Source of the DNA: Acidimicrobiales bacterium
Lineage (GTDB): Bacteria; Actinomycetota; Acidimicrobiia; Acidimicrobiales; Salinilacustritrichaceae
Length of the DNA: 64,000 nucleotides
Direction: 5' to 3'
NCBI GenBank assembly: GCA_041618235.1
Contig: JBFJNI010000003.1
Location: 7,253-71,252, forward strand
The notes beneath the pieces are model-generated. The model worked only from the letters and a program-made list of their open reading frames with translations, was not told where the DNA came from and ran no database searches. Position 1 is the first letter of the stretch; every line of letters starts with the position of its first letter. The translations under genes were made by a program, and so were the position numbers. Below, one piece after another: positions 28,700-39,282 of this stretch.

Positions 28700-30202
28700 T
28701 CAGTGCGACGGGGTCAGTAGTCCGCTCATCCGGCCGTGCAGATCGGCGCTGTGGGCGTTGAGCCCGACCAGCTCGGCCTCGATTTCGTGCGAGGCGAACT
28801 TGGCGACGACGGCGTCGAGCGCCGCGCATGCCGACGTGTCCCACACGTGGGCGTCGTGCAGATCGATGATCACCCGATCGAGGTCCTCGAGGTAGTCGAA
28901 CAGGTGGAGGAGCTCGTTCGTCGATGCGAAGAAGAGCTCGCCGGTGACGTGGTAGATCCGGGTCCGGCCGTCGGCGGGGTCGATGACGCTGGTGACATCG
29001 GCGACGTGCGCCACGCGGCGTGCGAAGAAGATGGCCGCGAGCAGGACGCCACCGGCGACCCCGAGCGCGAGGTTGTGCGTGACGACCACGATCGCCACGG
29101 TGACGACCATCACCATGGTCTCGCTGCGGGGAGAGTGGCGGAGCTGGTCGATGCGGATGCTGCGCCAGTCGAAGGTGCTGGTGGCCACGATGATCATCAC
29201 GGCGACGAGCGCGCCCATCGGGATCGCGGCGATGAGGTCGCCGAAGACCAGGATGCCGACGATCAGGAACAGCCCGGCGGCGAGGGTCGACAGACGTGAG
29301 CGCCCGCCGGACTTCACGTTGATCATGGACTGGCCGATCATGGCGCATCCGGCCATGCCGCCGAGGAAGCCGGTGGCGACGTTGGCGATGCCCTGGCCGC
29401 GTGACTCCCGATCCTTGTCGGAGCGCGTGTCGGTGATGTCGTCGATCAGTTGCGCGGTCAGGAGCGACTCGAGCAGGCCGACGAAGGCGAGGGTGAACGC
29501 GTAGGGGGCGATGATCGAGAGGGTCTCGAGACCGAACGGGACGTCGGGCAGCGACAGGAAGGGAAGGGCACTGGGCAGCTCGCCCATGTCGCCGACGGTG
29601 GGGACGTCGATGCCGAGCAGGACGCCACCGAAGCCGAGGACGGCGATGGCCACCAGCGGTGCCGGGATCGTGGTGGTGAGCCGGGGCAGCCCGACGATGA
29701 TGGCGATGCCGACGGCGACCATGCCGTAGACGGCGATGCCCTTGCCCACGACGTGGTCGAGCTGGGCGAGGAAGATCAGGATGGCCAGGGCATTGACGAA
29801 GCCGGTCATCACCGTGCGGGGGATGAACCGCATGAGCCGACCGACCCCCAGAGCCCCGAGGGCGACTTGGATCACGCCGGCGAGGATCGTGGCGGCGAAG
29901 AGGTACTCGACGCCGTGTTCCTTCACCAGCGAGACGATGACGAGGGCCATGGCACCGGTTGCGGCGGAGATCATGGCCGGCCGGCCCCCGGTGAAGGCGA
30001 TGATCACGGCGATGCTGAACGATGCGTAGAGCCCCACCTTGGGATCGACGCCGGCGATGATCGAGAACGAGATCGCCTCGGGCACCAGCGCGAGGGCCAC
30101 GACGAGGCCGGCGAGCAGGTCGGCACGTGGGTTCGAGAGCCAGGTGTCACGGACCTTCGACCAGGACGCGCGGGAGGGGCGGGGGAGGGTTGCTGCGTTC
30201 AC
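28700..30202 (-). CDS. SulP family anion transporter with C-terminal STAS
   Basis: [34 protein letters not shown] and GELFFAS. Confidence 0.93.
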   Translation of the reverse strand: MNAATLPRPSRASWSKVRDTWLSNPRADLLAGLVVALALVPEAISFSIIAGVDPKVGLYASFSIAVIIAFTGGRPAMISAATGAMALVIVSLVKEHGVEYLFAATILAGVIQVALGALGVGRLMRFIPRTVMTGFVNALAILIFLAQLDHVVGKGIAVYGMVAVGIAIIVGLPRLTTTIPAPLVAIAVLGFGGVLLGIDVPTVGDMGELPSALPFLSLPDVPFGLETLSIIAPYAFTLAFVGLLESLLTAQLIDDITDTRSDKDRESRGQGIANVATGFLGGMAGCAMIGQSMINVKSGGRSRLSTLAAGLFLIVGILVFGDLIAAIPMGALVAVMIIVATSTFDWRSIRIDQLRHSPRSETMVMVVTVAIVVVTHNLALGVAGGVLLAAIFFARRVAHVADVTSVIDPADGRTRIYHVTGELFFASTNELLHLFDYLEDLDRVIIDLHDAHVWDTSACAALDAVVAKFASHEIEAELVGLNAHSADLHGRMSGLLTPSH

Positions 30203-30237
30203 GGGGTGCTTTCGGTGGTGCCGCGCGTCAGCACGGC

Positions 30238-30322
30238 GGAGGTCGGTTGCGTTCGCTGTGGCGTCTCATCCACGGCCTCGGGCTGATGCCCCGGGCAGGT
30301 GGAAGGGCCTGACAGGACCTCC
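30238..30322 (-). promoter_or_regulatory. Candidate structured 5' leader of the SulP gene
   Basis: Sense GGAGGUC (30322-30316) can pair with GACCUCC (30244-30238), enclosing CUGU/ACAG and three short hairpins. TACGGT, a possible -10, lies just upstream. Confidence 0.3.
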
Positions 30323-30390
30323 TCACCGTATCGGTTCGGCTCACGAGGACCCGAACCGGGTTGTTCGCCGTCCAGCCCCGTTCGGCCTGC

Positions 30391-31587
30391 TCAGGAGGCC
30401 TTGGGTGTCGCTGGACGGCCGCCGGCGAACGAGTCGGCGTACTTCGCTGCGAGCGGTCCGAAGATCGCGGTGAGGAGCACGTACGCGGCGGCGAACGCGC
30501 CGAGCGCCTCGCCGTCGACGGTCGTGGCCCCGAGCGAGGCGATGACGATCGAGAACTCGCCGCGGGCGATCAGCGCGGTGCCGGCACGCATGCGACCGCG
30601 TTGGCCGGCGCCGGCGCGAGCGGCGGCGACGCGCCCGGAGAGCAGCTTCGTGGCACCGGACACCACGGTGAGAGCCGCCGCCGGAGCGAGCGCCCCCAGG
30701 AGTGACGACGGTTGGATCTGGAACGAGAAGAAGAGGAAGACGGTGGCGGCGAACAGGTCGCGCAGTGGCCCCATCAGGTCGCGGGCGCGTTCCTGGACGA
30801 CGCCCGACAGCGCGAGACCCACCAGGAATGCGCCGATGGCGCTCGAGACCTGCAGTTGCTCGGCGAGCCCGCCCACGAGCAGCGTGAGGCCGAAGACCGC
30901 GAGGAGCACCGCCTCGTCAGATCCTGGCGCCAGTACCGCGCTGAGACGTTCGCCCCACCGGAGGGCGATGACGAGGATCACGGCAACGGCGGCCAGGGCG
31001 GCCACCACGGTCACCACGGTGTCCATGGGCGCCCGTCCGGCGACCAACGCCGCAACGATGGGGAGGTAGACGGCCATGGCGAGATCCTCGATGACGAGGA
31101 TGTTGAGGATCGCCGGCGTCTCCCGGTTGCTGAGTCGATCGAGATCGGTGAGGACCTTCGACACCACACCCGACGAGCTGATCCAGGTCACCCCGCCCAG
31201 CAGCACTGCGTTGGTGATGTCCCAACCGAGGAGTATCCCGGCGCCGAGCCCGGGCAGGAAGTTGGCGACGGCATCGACGGTGCCCGGGATCATGCCCGTC
31301 CGGAGTCCCTGGCGCAGCTCCTCGGACGAGTATTCGAGCCCGAGGGTGAACAACAACAGGAGCACGCCGATCTGGGCGGCGAGCGCGATGAAGTCCTCAC
31401 TGACGTCGAGGGGGGCGATCCCGCCGTTGCCCACCGCCAAGCCTGCGAGGAGGTAGAGGGGGATCGCCGTGATCCCCAGTCGTCCCGCGACGCGGGCGAG
31501 CACGGCGAGCGCGATCGCGACGGCACCGATCTCGATGAACGCGAGTGGCGCATCGCCGGTGGCGGCGGCGAGCGCGGCTCCGATCAC
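30391..31587 (-). CDS. CPA2 cation:proton antiporter (KhtU/YhaU-like)
   Basis: IPLYLLAGL, LLLFTLGLEYS, ISSSGVVSKVL, IEDLAM and RGEFSIVIA. Confidence 0.92.
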   Translation of the reverse strand: MIGAALAAATGDAPLAFIEIGAVAIALAVLARVAGRLGITAIPLYLLAGLAVGNGGIAPLDVSEDFIALAAQIGVLLLLFTLGLEYSSEELRQGLRTGMIPGTVDAVANFLPGLGAGILLGWDITNAVLLGGVTWISSSGVVSKVLTDLDRLSNRETPAILNILVIEDLAMAVYLPIVAALVAGRAPMDTVVTVVAALAAVAVILVIALRWGERLSAVLAPGSDEAVLLAVFGLTLLVGGLAEQLQVSSAIGAFLVGLALSGVVQERARDLMGPLRDLFAATVFLFFSFQIQPSSLLGALAPAAALTVVSGATKLLSGRVAAARAGAGQRGRMRAGTALIARGEFSIVIASLGATTVDGEALGAFAAAYVLLTAIFGPLAAKYADSFAGGRPATPKAS

Positions 31588-32066
31588 GGACGCAGGACCG
31601 AACGGAGCTGCTCGAGGCCTTCGGGTGTTCCGACGGCCACCACGACGTCGGCGGGATGGAGCACGAATTCGGGTCCGGGGGCAGCCTCGGTGGTGGACTG
31701 GCGGATCACGGCCACGACCGAGGCGCCCGTCTTGGTACGGAGCTCACCGTCGCCGATGGTGCGCCCGGCGAGCGGTGAGTCTCCCGTGACCTCGACCCAC
31801 TCGAGCGCCAGACCCTCGATGCGCTGCTGCATCGCGCCGATGGCCTCGCTGACCTGGGTGGCGCCGAGGAGGTCGGTGAGGGTCCGGCTGTCGTCGGAGT
31901 TGAGGTGCATCACGGTGCGACCCACGTCGGGGTCGTCGCGGTCGTACACGACGACCTCTCGCCGTCCGCTGTGGTGCCACAGGACGCCGACCCGTTCATC
32001 GTCCGCGGTCGTGAACTCGTACCGCACCCCTACGCCGGGTAGCTGCGTCTCGGTCACCTCTGCCAC
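31584..32066 (-). CDS. Antiporter regulatory subunit with RCK_C/TrkA-C domain (KhtT/YhaT-like)
   Basis: ETQLPGVGVRYEF, LRTKTGASVVAVIR and PGPEF. GTG at 32066. Confidence 0.9.
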   Translation of the reverse strand: MAEVTETQLPGVGVRYEFTTADDERVGVLWHHSGRREVVVYDRDDPDVGRTVMHLNSDDSRTLTDLLGATQVSEAIGAMQQRIEGLALEWVEVTGDSPLAGRTIGDGELRTKTGASVVAVIRQSTTEAAPGPEFVLHPADVVVAVGTPEGLEQLRSVLRP

Positions 32067-32202
32067 GTCGGTCCTCCTGTGCTGGTCGGAAGGCCAGTCT
32101 GGCAAGAAGGTGAGCGGTTCGGTTGCTCAGTGCCGGCGGTGCCCGGGTCGACGATGACGTTTGACCCTGGTGAAGATGTCCGGGTCGGTGCACCGTGATC
32201 GG

Positions 32203-33072
32203 ATGCAGCGTCGGTCGGCCACGGTCCGCGTCCTCTCGTTCCTCGGTGCGCTCGCCCTCTTCGTCGGCGCGTGCGGCGATGACGACGACACGTCGTCGAG
32301 CACGACGTCGTCGACGATCACCAGCACCAACGAGGCGACGACGTCGTCGAGCGAACCGGCCGGCGACGAGGTCGTGAAGATCTACTTCCTCCGCGACGAA
32401 CTGGTGGGTCCGGTGGCTCGAACGGTGGACGCGTCCGACCTGCCGACGGCTGCCATGGAGGCGCTGTTGGACGGCCCCACCGCGACCGAGGAGCAGCTCG
32501 GCTTCGTGAGCAACATCCCCGACGGGACCGAGCTGCTCGGCTTGACGGTCGACGGAGGCACGGCGACGGTCGATCTGAGCGGGGACTTCGAATCCGGCGG
32601 CGGGTCGCTGTCGATGATGGCCCGGGTCACCGAGGTGGTCTACACGCTCACCCAGTTCGACGACGTCGACGACGTGGTCTTCGAACTCGACGGCGAGGCC
32701 ATCGAGTTCCTGGGCGGCGAAGGGCTCATCCTCGACGAGCCCCAGACCCGTGCCGACTGGGACGAGCTGGCGCCGGCGATCCTCGTCGAGTCACCGCTGC
32801 CGTTCGAGGAGGTGACGAGCCCGCTGCAGATCACGGGGACGTCGAACACCTTCGAGGCGACCTTCCAGGTGATCGTCACCGACGGCGACGGACTCATCGT
32901 CTACGAGGACTTCGCCACCTCGACCGGAGGCAACGGTGTGCGCGGCCCGTTCGATGTCACCGTCTCGTTCGACGTGCCGACGGCGGGCGTCGGCGCACTG
33001 ATCGTCTTCGAGTTGTCCGCCGAGGACGGTTCGCAGATCAACCTGGTCGAGGTCCCGCTGACCATCAGCTGA
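32203..33072 (+). CDS. GerMN + Gmad2 Ig-like domain lipoprotein
   Basis: Lipobox VGAC, Thr/Ser linker, EALLDGP...IPDGT...VDLSGDF...EVVYTLTQF, and ITGTSNTFEA. Confidence 0.85.
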   Translation: MQRRSATVRVLSFLGALALFVGACGDDDDTSSSTTSSTITSTNEATTSSSEPAGDEVVKIYFLRDELVGPVARTVDASDLPTAAMEALLDGPTATEEQLGFVSNIPDGTELLGLTVDGGTATVDLSGDFESGGGSLSMMARVTEVVYTLTQFDDVDDVVFELDGEAIEFLGGEGLILDEPQTRADWDELAPAILVESPLPFEEVTSPLQITGTSNTFEATFQVIVTDGDGLIVYEDFATSTGGNGVRGPFDVTVSFDVPTAGVGALIVFELSAEDGSQINLVEVPLTIS

Positions 33073-33142
33073 TCGCTCGCCGGCTCGGACCGCCACCGGC
33101 CACTCGTCGGGCGCGTAGGTTCGCGCCGATGAGGGGGACCCC

Positions 33143-34738
33143 ATGACCGTGCTCCGTACGCGACTCGACACGTCGTCGCCCGCGTACCTCGAGAACCTCG
33201 CAGCGATGCAGGAGCTGTGGGACGAGGTCGCCGCCGAACTGGCGTCCGTCCCGACGGTGGGCGGTCAGCGCTACGTCGACCGCCATCGACGCCGCGGGAA
33301 GTTGCTCGTGCGCGAGCGCATCGAGGCCCTGGTCGATCCGTACACGCCGTTCCTCGAGCTGAGCCCGCTGGCCGCGTGGGGGACCGAGGATCCCGTCGGC
33401 GCCGGGACGGTCGTCGGCATCGGGGTCGTCGAGGGCACCGAGGTGCTGATCTCGGGCAGCGACATGACCTACCGGGGTGGGTCGGCCAATCCGACCACGG
33501 TCGCCAAGGGCGCGCGGATGGCCGAGATCGCCCGCGCGAACCGTCTGCCGCTCATCACCCTGAACGAGTCGGCCGGCGCCGAGCTGCCGCGCCAGGCCGA
33601 CATCTTCGTGCCGGGCGGGGCGAGCTTCAAGAACCTCACGCAGCTGTCGAAGCTCGGCATCCCCACGATCACCGTCGGCTTCGGTCCGGCGACCGCAGGC
33701 GGTGCCTACACGCCGGGCATGAGCGACTACACGGTCTTCGTCAAGGAGCGCGCCACCGCGTACCTCGGCGGTCCACCACTGGTGAAGATGGCCATCGACG
33801 AGGAGGTCGACGAGGAGTCGCTGGGCGGCGCCGAGATGCACTCGCGCACCAGCGGTCTGTCCGACCACTTGGCCGTCGACGAGCTCGACGCCATCCGCAT
33901 CGCTCGCGACATCGTCAAACACCTGCGCTGGAGCAAGCTCGGCCCGGGGCCCACCGAGCCCGCCGACGCCCCGCGATACGACCCCGCCGAGTTGCTCGGC
34001 TGCGCGTCTGCGGACGTGCGCATCCCCTTCGAGGTGCGCGAGATCCTCGCCCGCCTCGTCGACGGCAGCCGGTTCGAGGAGTTCAAGCCGCTGTACGGCG
34101 ACAAGATGGTGTGCGGCTGGGCCTCGATCTGCGGCTTCCCCGTCGGCATCATCGCCAACAACGGGATCCTCTTCTCCGAGGAGTCGAACAAGGGCGCCCA
34201 GTTCATCCAGCTGTGCAACAAGGCCCACACGCCGCTGCTCTTCGTCCAGAACATCACCGGCTTCATGGTCGGCTCGAAGGCCGAGCAGGGCGGCATCATC
34301 CGCAACGGCGCCAAGCTCATCAACGCGGTCTCGAACTCCGAGGTCCCGCACCTCGTGCTCATGGTCGGCGCCAGCTACGGGGCCGGCAACTACGGCATGT
34401 CGGGACGGGCGTACGACCCACGGTTCGTCTTCAGCTGGCCGAACCACCGCATCGCCGTCATGGGTCCCAAGCAGCTCGCCGGCGTCATGGACATCATCGC
34501 CCGCAACGCCGCCGCCGGCCGCGGCCAGGAGATCGACGAGGAAGCGCTCAACGCGCAGACCTCGGCCCTCGAGCACCTGGTCGAGGAGCAGTCCACGGCC
34601 CTGTACGCCACCGGCCGGCTGTGGGACGACGGCATCATCCATCCGGCCGACTCGCGCACGGTGCTCGGCATGGCCCTCTCGGCGACGCACGGCAACGAAG
34701 TGCGCGGTGCCACCGAGTACGGCGTGTGGAGGCACTGA
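33143..34738 (+). CDS. Acyl-CoA carboxylase, carboxyltransferase subunit (AtuC/AccD-like)
   Basis: GKLLVRERI, ESAGAEL, AGGAY, GGAEMH, QNITGFMVG and SYGAGNYGMSGR. Confidence 0.93.
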   Translation: MTVLRTRLDTSSPAYLENLAAMQELWDEVAAELASVPTVGGQRYVDRHRRRGKLLVRERIEALVDPYTPFLELSPLAAWGTEDPVGAGTVVGIGVVEGTEVLISGSDMTYRGGSANPTTVAKGARMAEIARANRLPLITLNESAGAELPRQADIFVPGGASFKNLTQLSKLGIPTITVGFGPATAGGAYTPGMSDYTVFVKERATAYLGGPPLVKMAIDEEVDEESLGGAEMHSRTSGLSDHLAVDELDAIRIARDIVKHLRWSKLGPGPTEPADAPRYDPAELLGCASADVRIPFEVREILARLVDGSRFEEFKPLYGDKMVCGWASICGFPVGIIANNGILFSEESNKGAQFIQLCNKAHTPLLFVQNITGFMVGSKAEQGGIIRNGAKLINAVSNSEVPHLVLMVGASYGAGNYGMSGRAYDPRFVFSWPNHRIAVMGPKQLAGVMDIIARNAAAGRGQEIDEEALNAQTSALEHLVEEQSTALYATGRLWDDGIIHPADSRTVLGMALSATHGNEVRGATEYGVWRH

Positions 34739-36744
34739 TGATCCGTCGACTCCTCATCGCCAACCGCGGCGAGATCGCCGTCCGCATCGCCGGGACCGCC
34801 CATCGTCTGGGCATCGAGACGGTCGGGGTCTACAGCGATCCCGATGCCGACGCCCTCCACGTCGACTCGGTCGACCTCGCCGTCGGCCTCGGCGGTTCCA
34901 CACCGGCGACGTCGTACCTGCGGGTCGACGCCGTCTTGTCCGCGGCCATCGACACCGGCTGCGACGCCGTCCACCCCGGCTATGGGTTCCTGGCCGAGAA
35001 CGCCGACTTCGCCCGCCAGGTGATCGCTGCCGGCCTCCGCTGGGTCGGCCCGACGCCCGAGCAGATCGAGCTGCTCGGCGACAAGGTCGCCGCCAAGCGT
35101 GCGGCCCTCGAGGCCGGCGTCCCCACCACCGAGATCATCGAGATCACCGGAACCGACGTCCCCGGCGGTGTGCCGATGCCGGCGCTGGTGAAGGCCGCCG
35201 CCGGTGGCGGCGGGCGTGGCATGCGTGTGGTTCGCTCCGAGGCCGAGCTCGCCGACGCGGTGGCTGCGGCGTCCCGCGAGGCCGAGTCGGCGTTCGGCGA
35301 CGGCACCGTCTTCATCGAGCCCTATCTCGAACACGGCCGGCACGTCGAGGTCCAGATCATCGGCGATGCCCACGGGTACGTCGTGCACCTGGGCGAGCGC
35401 GAGTGCTCGATCCAGCGCCGCAACCAGAAGGTGCTCGAGGAGGCGCCGTCGGCCGGAATCGACGACGCCACCCGTCGGACGTTGTGCGAGGGAGCGCTCG
35501 CCCTGGCCCGACACGTCGGCTACCAGAACGCCGGAACCGTCGAGTTCCTGGTGGGGGCCGACGGCACCATCACCTTCCTCGAGGTCAACACGCGGCTGCA
35601 GGTCGAGCACCCGGTCACCGAGGCCGTGACCGGCGTCGACCTCGTCGAGCTCCAGCTCCGCGTGGCTGCCGGCGAGCCGCTGCCGTTCACACAGGACGAG
35701 GTGACGTTCTCGGGCCATGCGATCGAGGTGCGGGTGGTGGCCGAGGACCCCTCCGCTGGCTGGCTGCCGTCCACCGGCACCTTGACCCGGTTCGACATCG
35801 GTGCCGGGGTGCGCGTCGACCGCGGCTTCCGAGCCGGCAGTGTCGTCTCCGGCGACTACGACTCGTTGCTGGCCAAGGTGGTCTCGCACGCGCCGACCCG
35901 CTCCGAGGCGGCGTGGGTGCTGGCACGAGCGCTGCGGTCGTCGGCCATCGTCGGCGTCAGGTCCGACGTCGACTGCCTTGCCGCCATCCTCGGCGAGCCC
36001 GACTTCCTCGACGCTCGAACCCCCACGTCGTACCTCACCGACCATCCGGCAGTGGAACAGGCCGTGGGCCCCGAGGGCGACGATCGCATCGCGCAGTTCA
36101 TGGGCGCCGTGCTCGTCGACGAGGCCGCAGCCCGCGCCGAAGACGAGCACCTCGGCTTCGCCCCGTCGGGCTGGCGCAACCTGTGGACCCATGGGCAGCG
36201 TTCCATCTGGATCGATCGGGGCGACGGGTCCGAGGTGCCGGTCGAGGTCCGGCCCTCCGGCGACGGCTTCGACGTCCGGGTCGGCCCGTGGCCCGCACCG
36301 ACCGAGGACGGCTCGCTCGCTCCCGACGACCGCGCCATCCACCGTGTGCGTCGCCTCGCTCATCGGGGCGACGAGCTCGCGGTCGAGGTCGATGGCGTCC
36401 GTCGGCGGCTCGAGGTGGGCGACGACGGTTCGGTCGTGCACGTGTCCGGACCGGCCGGATGCACCACGTGGACGCGGGCTCCGCGGTTCGCCGACCACGA
36501 TGCGGCGGCCGCCGGCGGTGGTCCGGTCGCACCGCTGCCGGGGTCGGTGTTGTCGGTCCATGTGTCGCCCGGGGATCAGGTCACCGACGGCCAGCTCCTG
36601 GTCGTGGTCGAGGCCATGAAGATGGAGCACCAGATCACCGCCGCCGCGGCCGGCACCGTGACCGAGGTGCGGGTCGCCGCCGGCGACAGGGTCGACACCG
36701 GCGACCTCCTCGTGCTGCTCGACACCAGCGCCGCCGACGACTGA
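34738..36744 (+). CDS. Acyl-CoA carboxylase, biotin carboxylase + biotin carrier subunit (AtuF/AccA-like)
   Basis: LIANRGEIA, HPGYGFLAEN, GGGGRGMR, RRNQK, EVNTRLQVEH and EAMKME. Manual ATG 34738 within track ORF 33217..36744. Confidence 0.93.
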   Translation: MIRRLLIANRGEIAVRIAGTAHRLGIETVGVYSDPDADALHVDSVDLAVGLGGSTPATSYLRVDAVLSAAIDTGCDAVHPGYGFLAENADFARQVIAAGLRWVGPTPEQIELLGDKVAAKRAALEAGVPTTEIIEITGTDVPGGVPMPALVKAAAGGGGRGMRVVRSEAELADAVAAASREAESAFGDGTVFIEPYLEHGRHVEVQIIGDAHGYVVHLGERECSIQRRNQKVLEEAPSAGIDDATRRTLCEGALALARHVGYQNAGTVEFLVGADGTITFLEVNTRLQVEHPVTEAVTGVDLVELQLRVAAGEPLPFTQDEVTFSGHAIEVRVVAEDPSAGWLPSTGTLTRFDIGAGVRVDRGFRAGSVVSGDYDSLLAKVVSHAPTRSEAAWVLARALRSSAIVGVRSDVDCLAAILGEPDFLDARTPTSYLTDHPAVEQAVGPEGDDRIAQFMGAVLVDEAAARAEDEHLGFAPSGWRNLWTHGQRSIWIDRGDGSEVPVEVRPSGDGFDVRVGPWPAPTEDGSLAPDDRAIHRVRRLAHRGDELAVEVDGVRRRLEVGDDGSVVHVSGPAGCTTWTRAPRFADHDAAAAGGGPVAPLPGSVLSVHVSPGDQVTDGQLLVVVEAMKMEHQITAAAAGTVTEVRVAAGDRVDTGDLLVLLDTSAADD

Positions 36745-36754
36745 GGAGACGGCG

Positions 36755-38518
36755 ATGACCGATCCGATCCGCATCGCCAACTGCTCGGGCTTCTACGGCG
36801 ACCGCCTCTCGGGGGCGCTCGAGATGGTCGAGGGCGGGCCCATCGACGTCCTCACCGGCGACTGGCTGGCCGAGCTGACGATGCTCATCCTGGCCCGAGC
36901 GCGGGCCTCGCGCCCTCGCGGCGGGTTCGCCCGCACGTTCGTGACCCAGATGGAGCAGGTCATGGGCACCTGCCTCGATCGGGGAATCAAGGTGGTCTCC
37001 AACGCCGGCGGCCTCGATCCCGACGGCTGCGCCGAGGCCGTCCAGGAGGTCGCCGACGCGCTCGGTCTGTCGCCGACGATCGCGTACGTGTCGGGCGACG
37101 ACCTGATGCCACGGGTCACCGAACTCGCCGAATCCGGCGCGCTGCAGCCGTTCTCCGGCGCCACCGACCTCGGCGATCCCACGGCGTACCTGTCGGCGAA
37201 CGCGTATCTCGGGTGCTGGGGAATCGTCGATGCCCTCGACCGGGGCGCCGACATCGTCATCACCGGCCGGGTCACCGATGCTGCGGTGTGCTGTGGACCG
37301 GCGGCGTGGCACCACGGGTGGAGCCGGACCGACCTCGACCAGCTCGCCGGCGCCGTGGTGGCCGGCCACGTCATCGAGTGCAGTGGCCAGGCCACCGGAG
37401 GGAACTACTCGTTCTTCACCGAGGTCCCCGGCATGGCACGCGTCGGGTTCCCCTGGGCCGAGGTCGCCGCTGACGGATCGTCGGTCATCGGCAAGCACGA
37501 CGGCACCGGCGGCGCGGTGACCGTGGGCACCGTCACCTCACAGCTGCTCTACGAGATCGGCGGACCCGCCTACCTGGGCCCCGACGTCACCGCACGCTTC
37601 GACACCATCGCGCTCGAGCAGGTCACCGTCGACCGGGTCCGGGTGTCGGGGACCAAGGGAACGCCACCGCCGGAGACCCTCAAGGTCGCGATGAACGAGC
37701 TCGGGGGTCATCGCAACGAGGTGTCGATCGCGCTCACCGGGCTCGACATCGAAGCCAAGGCGCAGGTCGCCTCCGACGCGTTCTGGGCTGCGTGCCCCTA
37801 CGTTCCCGGCGACTTCGCCTCGGTCACCGAACGGGTGGAGCGCACCGACAAGACCGACCCTGCATCGAACCAGGAGGCCACGGCGTTGTGGCGGTTGATC
37901 GTGAAGGACCCCGACGAGCGCAAGGTCGGCCGGGCGTTCACGGGGGCGGTCATCGAGACCGCGCTGTGTTCGATCCCGGGGCTCTACAGCCCGAGCGGGG
38001 GGCCGCGGAACGGCGGCCCGTTCGGGATCTACCGCCCGGCGGTCGTGCCTGCGGACCTGGTCCCCAACCTGGTGACCGTGCTCGGAGGCGACACCCGCGA
38101 GGTCGAGTCGACGTTCCCGGCTTCACCGGGCGAGCGCGAGCCCGAGGCTTCCCCCGGGCCCGTCGGAATGGTGCCCACCGGTCCGACCGAGCGAGTGCCG
38201 CTGGGCATGATCGTCGGTGCCCGTTCGGGCGACAAGGGGGGCGACGCCAACCTCGGCGTGTTCGTCCGGAGCGATGACGCCTGGCCGTGGCTCGAGGAGT
38301 TCCTCACCACGGAGCGGCTGCGGACCTTGCTGCCCGAGACCGCGCCGCTGCCCATCGATCGGCACCCGCTCCCGAACCTCCGGGCGATCAACTTCGTGAT
38401 CCACGGCCTGCTCGACGAGGGCGTTGCGGCGTCGACGCGTGTCGACGCCCAGGCCAAGAGCTTGGGTGAGTGGCTCCGCGCCCGGGTCGTCGACGTCCCG
38501 CAGGCGCTGCTGGCCTGA
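36755..38518 (+). CDS. atuA: Acyclic terpene utilization AtuA family protein (with C-terminal AtuA-like domain)
   Basis: IANCSGFYGDR, DWLAELT, GHVIECS...TGGNY, QLLYEI and ARSGDKGG. Confidence 0.88.
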   Translation: MTDPIRIANCSGFYGDRLSGALEMVEGGPIDVLTGDWLAELTMLILARARASRPRGGFARTFVTQMEQVMGTCLDRGIKVVSNAGGLDPDGCAEAVQEVADALGLSPTIAYVSGDDLMPRVTELAESGALQPFSGATDLGDPTAYLSANAYLGCWGIVDALDRGADIVITGRVTDAAVCCGPAAWHHGWSRTDLDQLAGAVVAGHVIECSGQATGGNYSFFTEVPGMARVGFPWAEVAADGSSVIGKHDGTGGAVTVGTVTSQLLYEIGGPAYLGPDVTARFDTIALEQVTVDRVRVSGTKGTPPPETLKVAMNELGGHRNEVSIALTGLDIEAKAQVASDAFWAACPYVPGDFASVTERVERTDKTDPASNQEATALWRLIVKDPDERKVGRAFTGAVIETALCSIPGLYSPSGGPRNGGPFGIYRPAVVPADLVPNLVTVLGGDTREVESTFPASPGEREPEASPGPVGMVPTGPTERVPLGMIVGARSGDKGGDANLGVFVRSDDAWPWLEEFLTTERLRTLLPETAPLPIDRHPLPNLRAINFVIHGLLDEGVAASTRVDAQAKSLGEWLRARVVDVPQALLA

Positions 38519-38531
38519 CGGCGCTCGATCG

Positions 38532-39185
38532 TCAGCTGACGGCGGCGGCGGCCTGGAAGACGACGCGGACGTCGGTGAAGCCGGCGCTGGTGAACAGCTC
38601 CTCGATCATCGCGGCCGTGTTCGCCTCGGCGGTGGCCAGCAGCTCGCTGGTCGACGCGGCCTCGCTCAAGCGGCTCTCCGCCTCGAGGTAGAGCTTCTGC
38701 TCCGACGTGGGCTTGTCGGAGAACACGCCTCCGACCCGGTCGAGGACGCCACGGTCGCGGTCGAGGACCTCGCTGGCCTCGTGATCGATGGCGGGATCGT
38801 CGAGGACGGCCGGAGGCAACAGCACGGTGACCGATCCGTCGTCGCCGACGATGACCGCATCGGGGCCGAGGTCGCCGAGGTCGACGATGGCATCGACCGA
38901 ACCCTGCGCGAGGAAGGTGGTGCGCTCGCCCTTGAGGAACCCGGGGACGTACCGGGTCTTCTTCTCGATGTCGACGACGACCTGGTACTCGCCGGTGGCG
39001 GCGTGGTACTCGCTGAGGTCCTCGAGCGACTGCAGGACCGCGGCGTGGTCGCGAACGACGGTCTCCGACCGGAATGGATTGGGCAACGAGGGCAACCCGA
39101 CGAGGGTCACCCCCAAGAGGATGATGATGAGGAAGGTCGCGCCCGCAACGCCGGTCTTGAGTGCAGTCTTCACAGCACCATTCAA
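38532..39185 (-). CDS. DUF4230-like membrane-anchored protein
   Basis: N-terminal TM helix, GSVDAIVDL, VLLPPA and acidic C-terminus. The start may be GTG 39173. Confidence 0.7.
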   Translation of the reverse strand: MNGAVKTALKTGVAGATFLIIILLGVTLVGLPSLPNPFRSETVVRDHAAVLQSLEDLSEYHAATGEYQVVVDIEKKTRYVPGFLKGERTTFLAQGSVDAIVDLGDLGPDAVIVGDDGSVTVLLPPAVLDDPAIDHEASEVLDRDRGVLDRVGGVFSDKPTSEQKLYLEAESRLSEAASTSELLATAEANTAAMIEELFTSAGFTDVRVVFQAAAAVS

Positions 39186-39282
39186 GCGGTTGGGGTTGCG
39201 AACTGTTCCCGATTGTCCGGGAATCAGCTCCGAATGATCAATCGTGGACAGATTGACTAGGCAATCTGTCCATCATGCGTCG

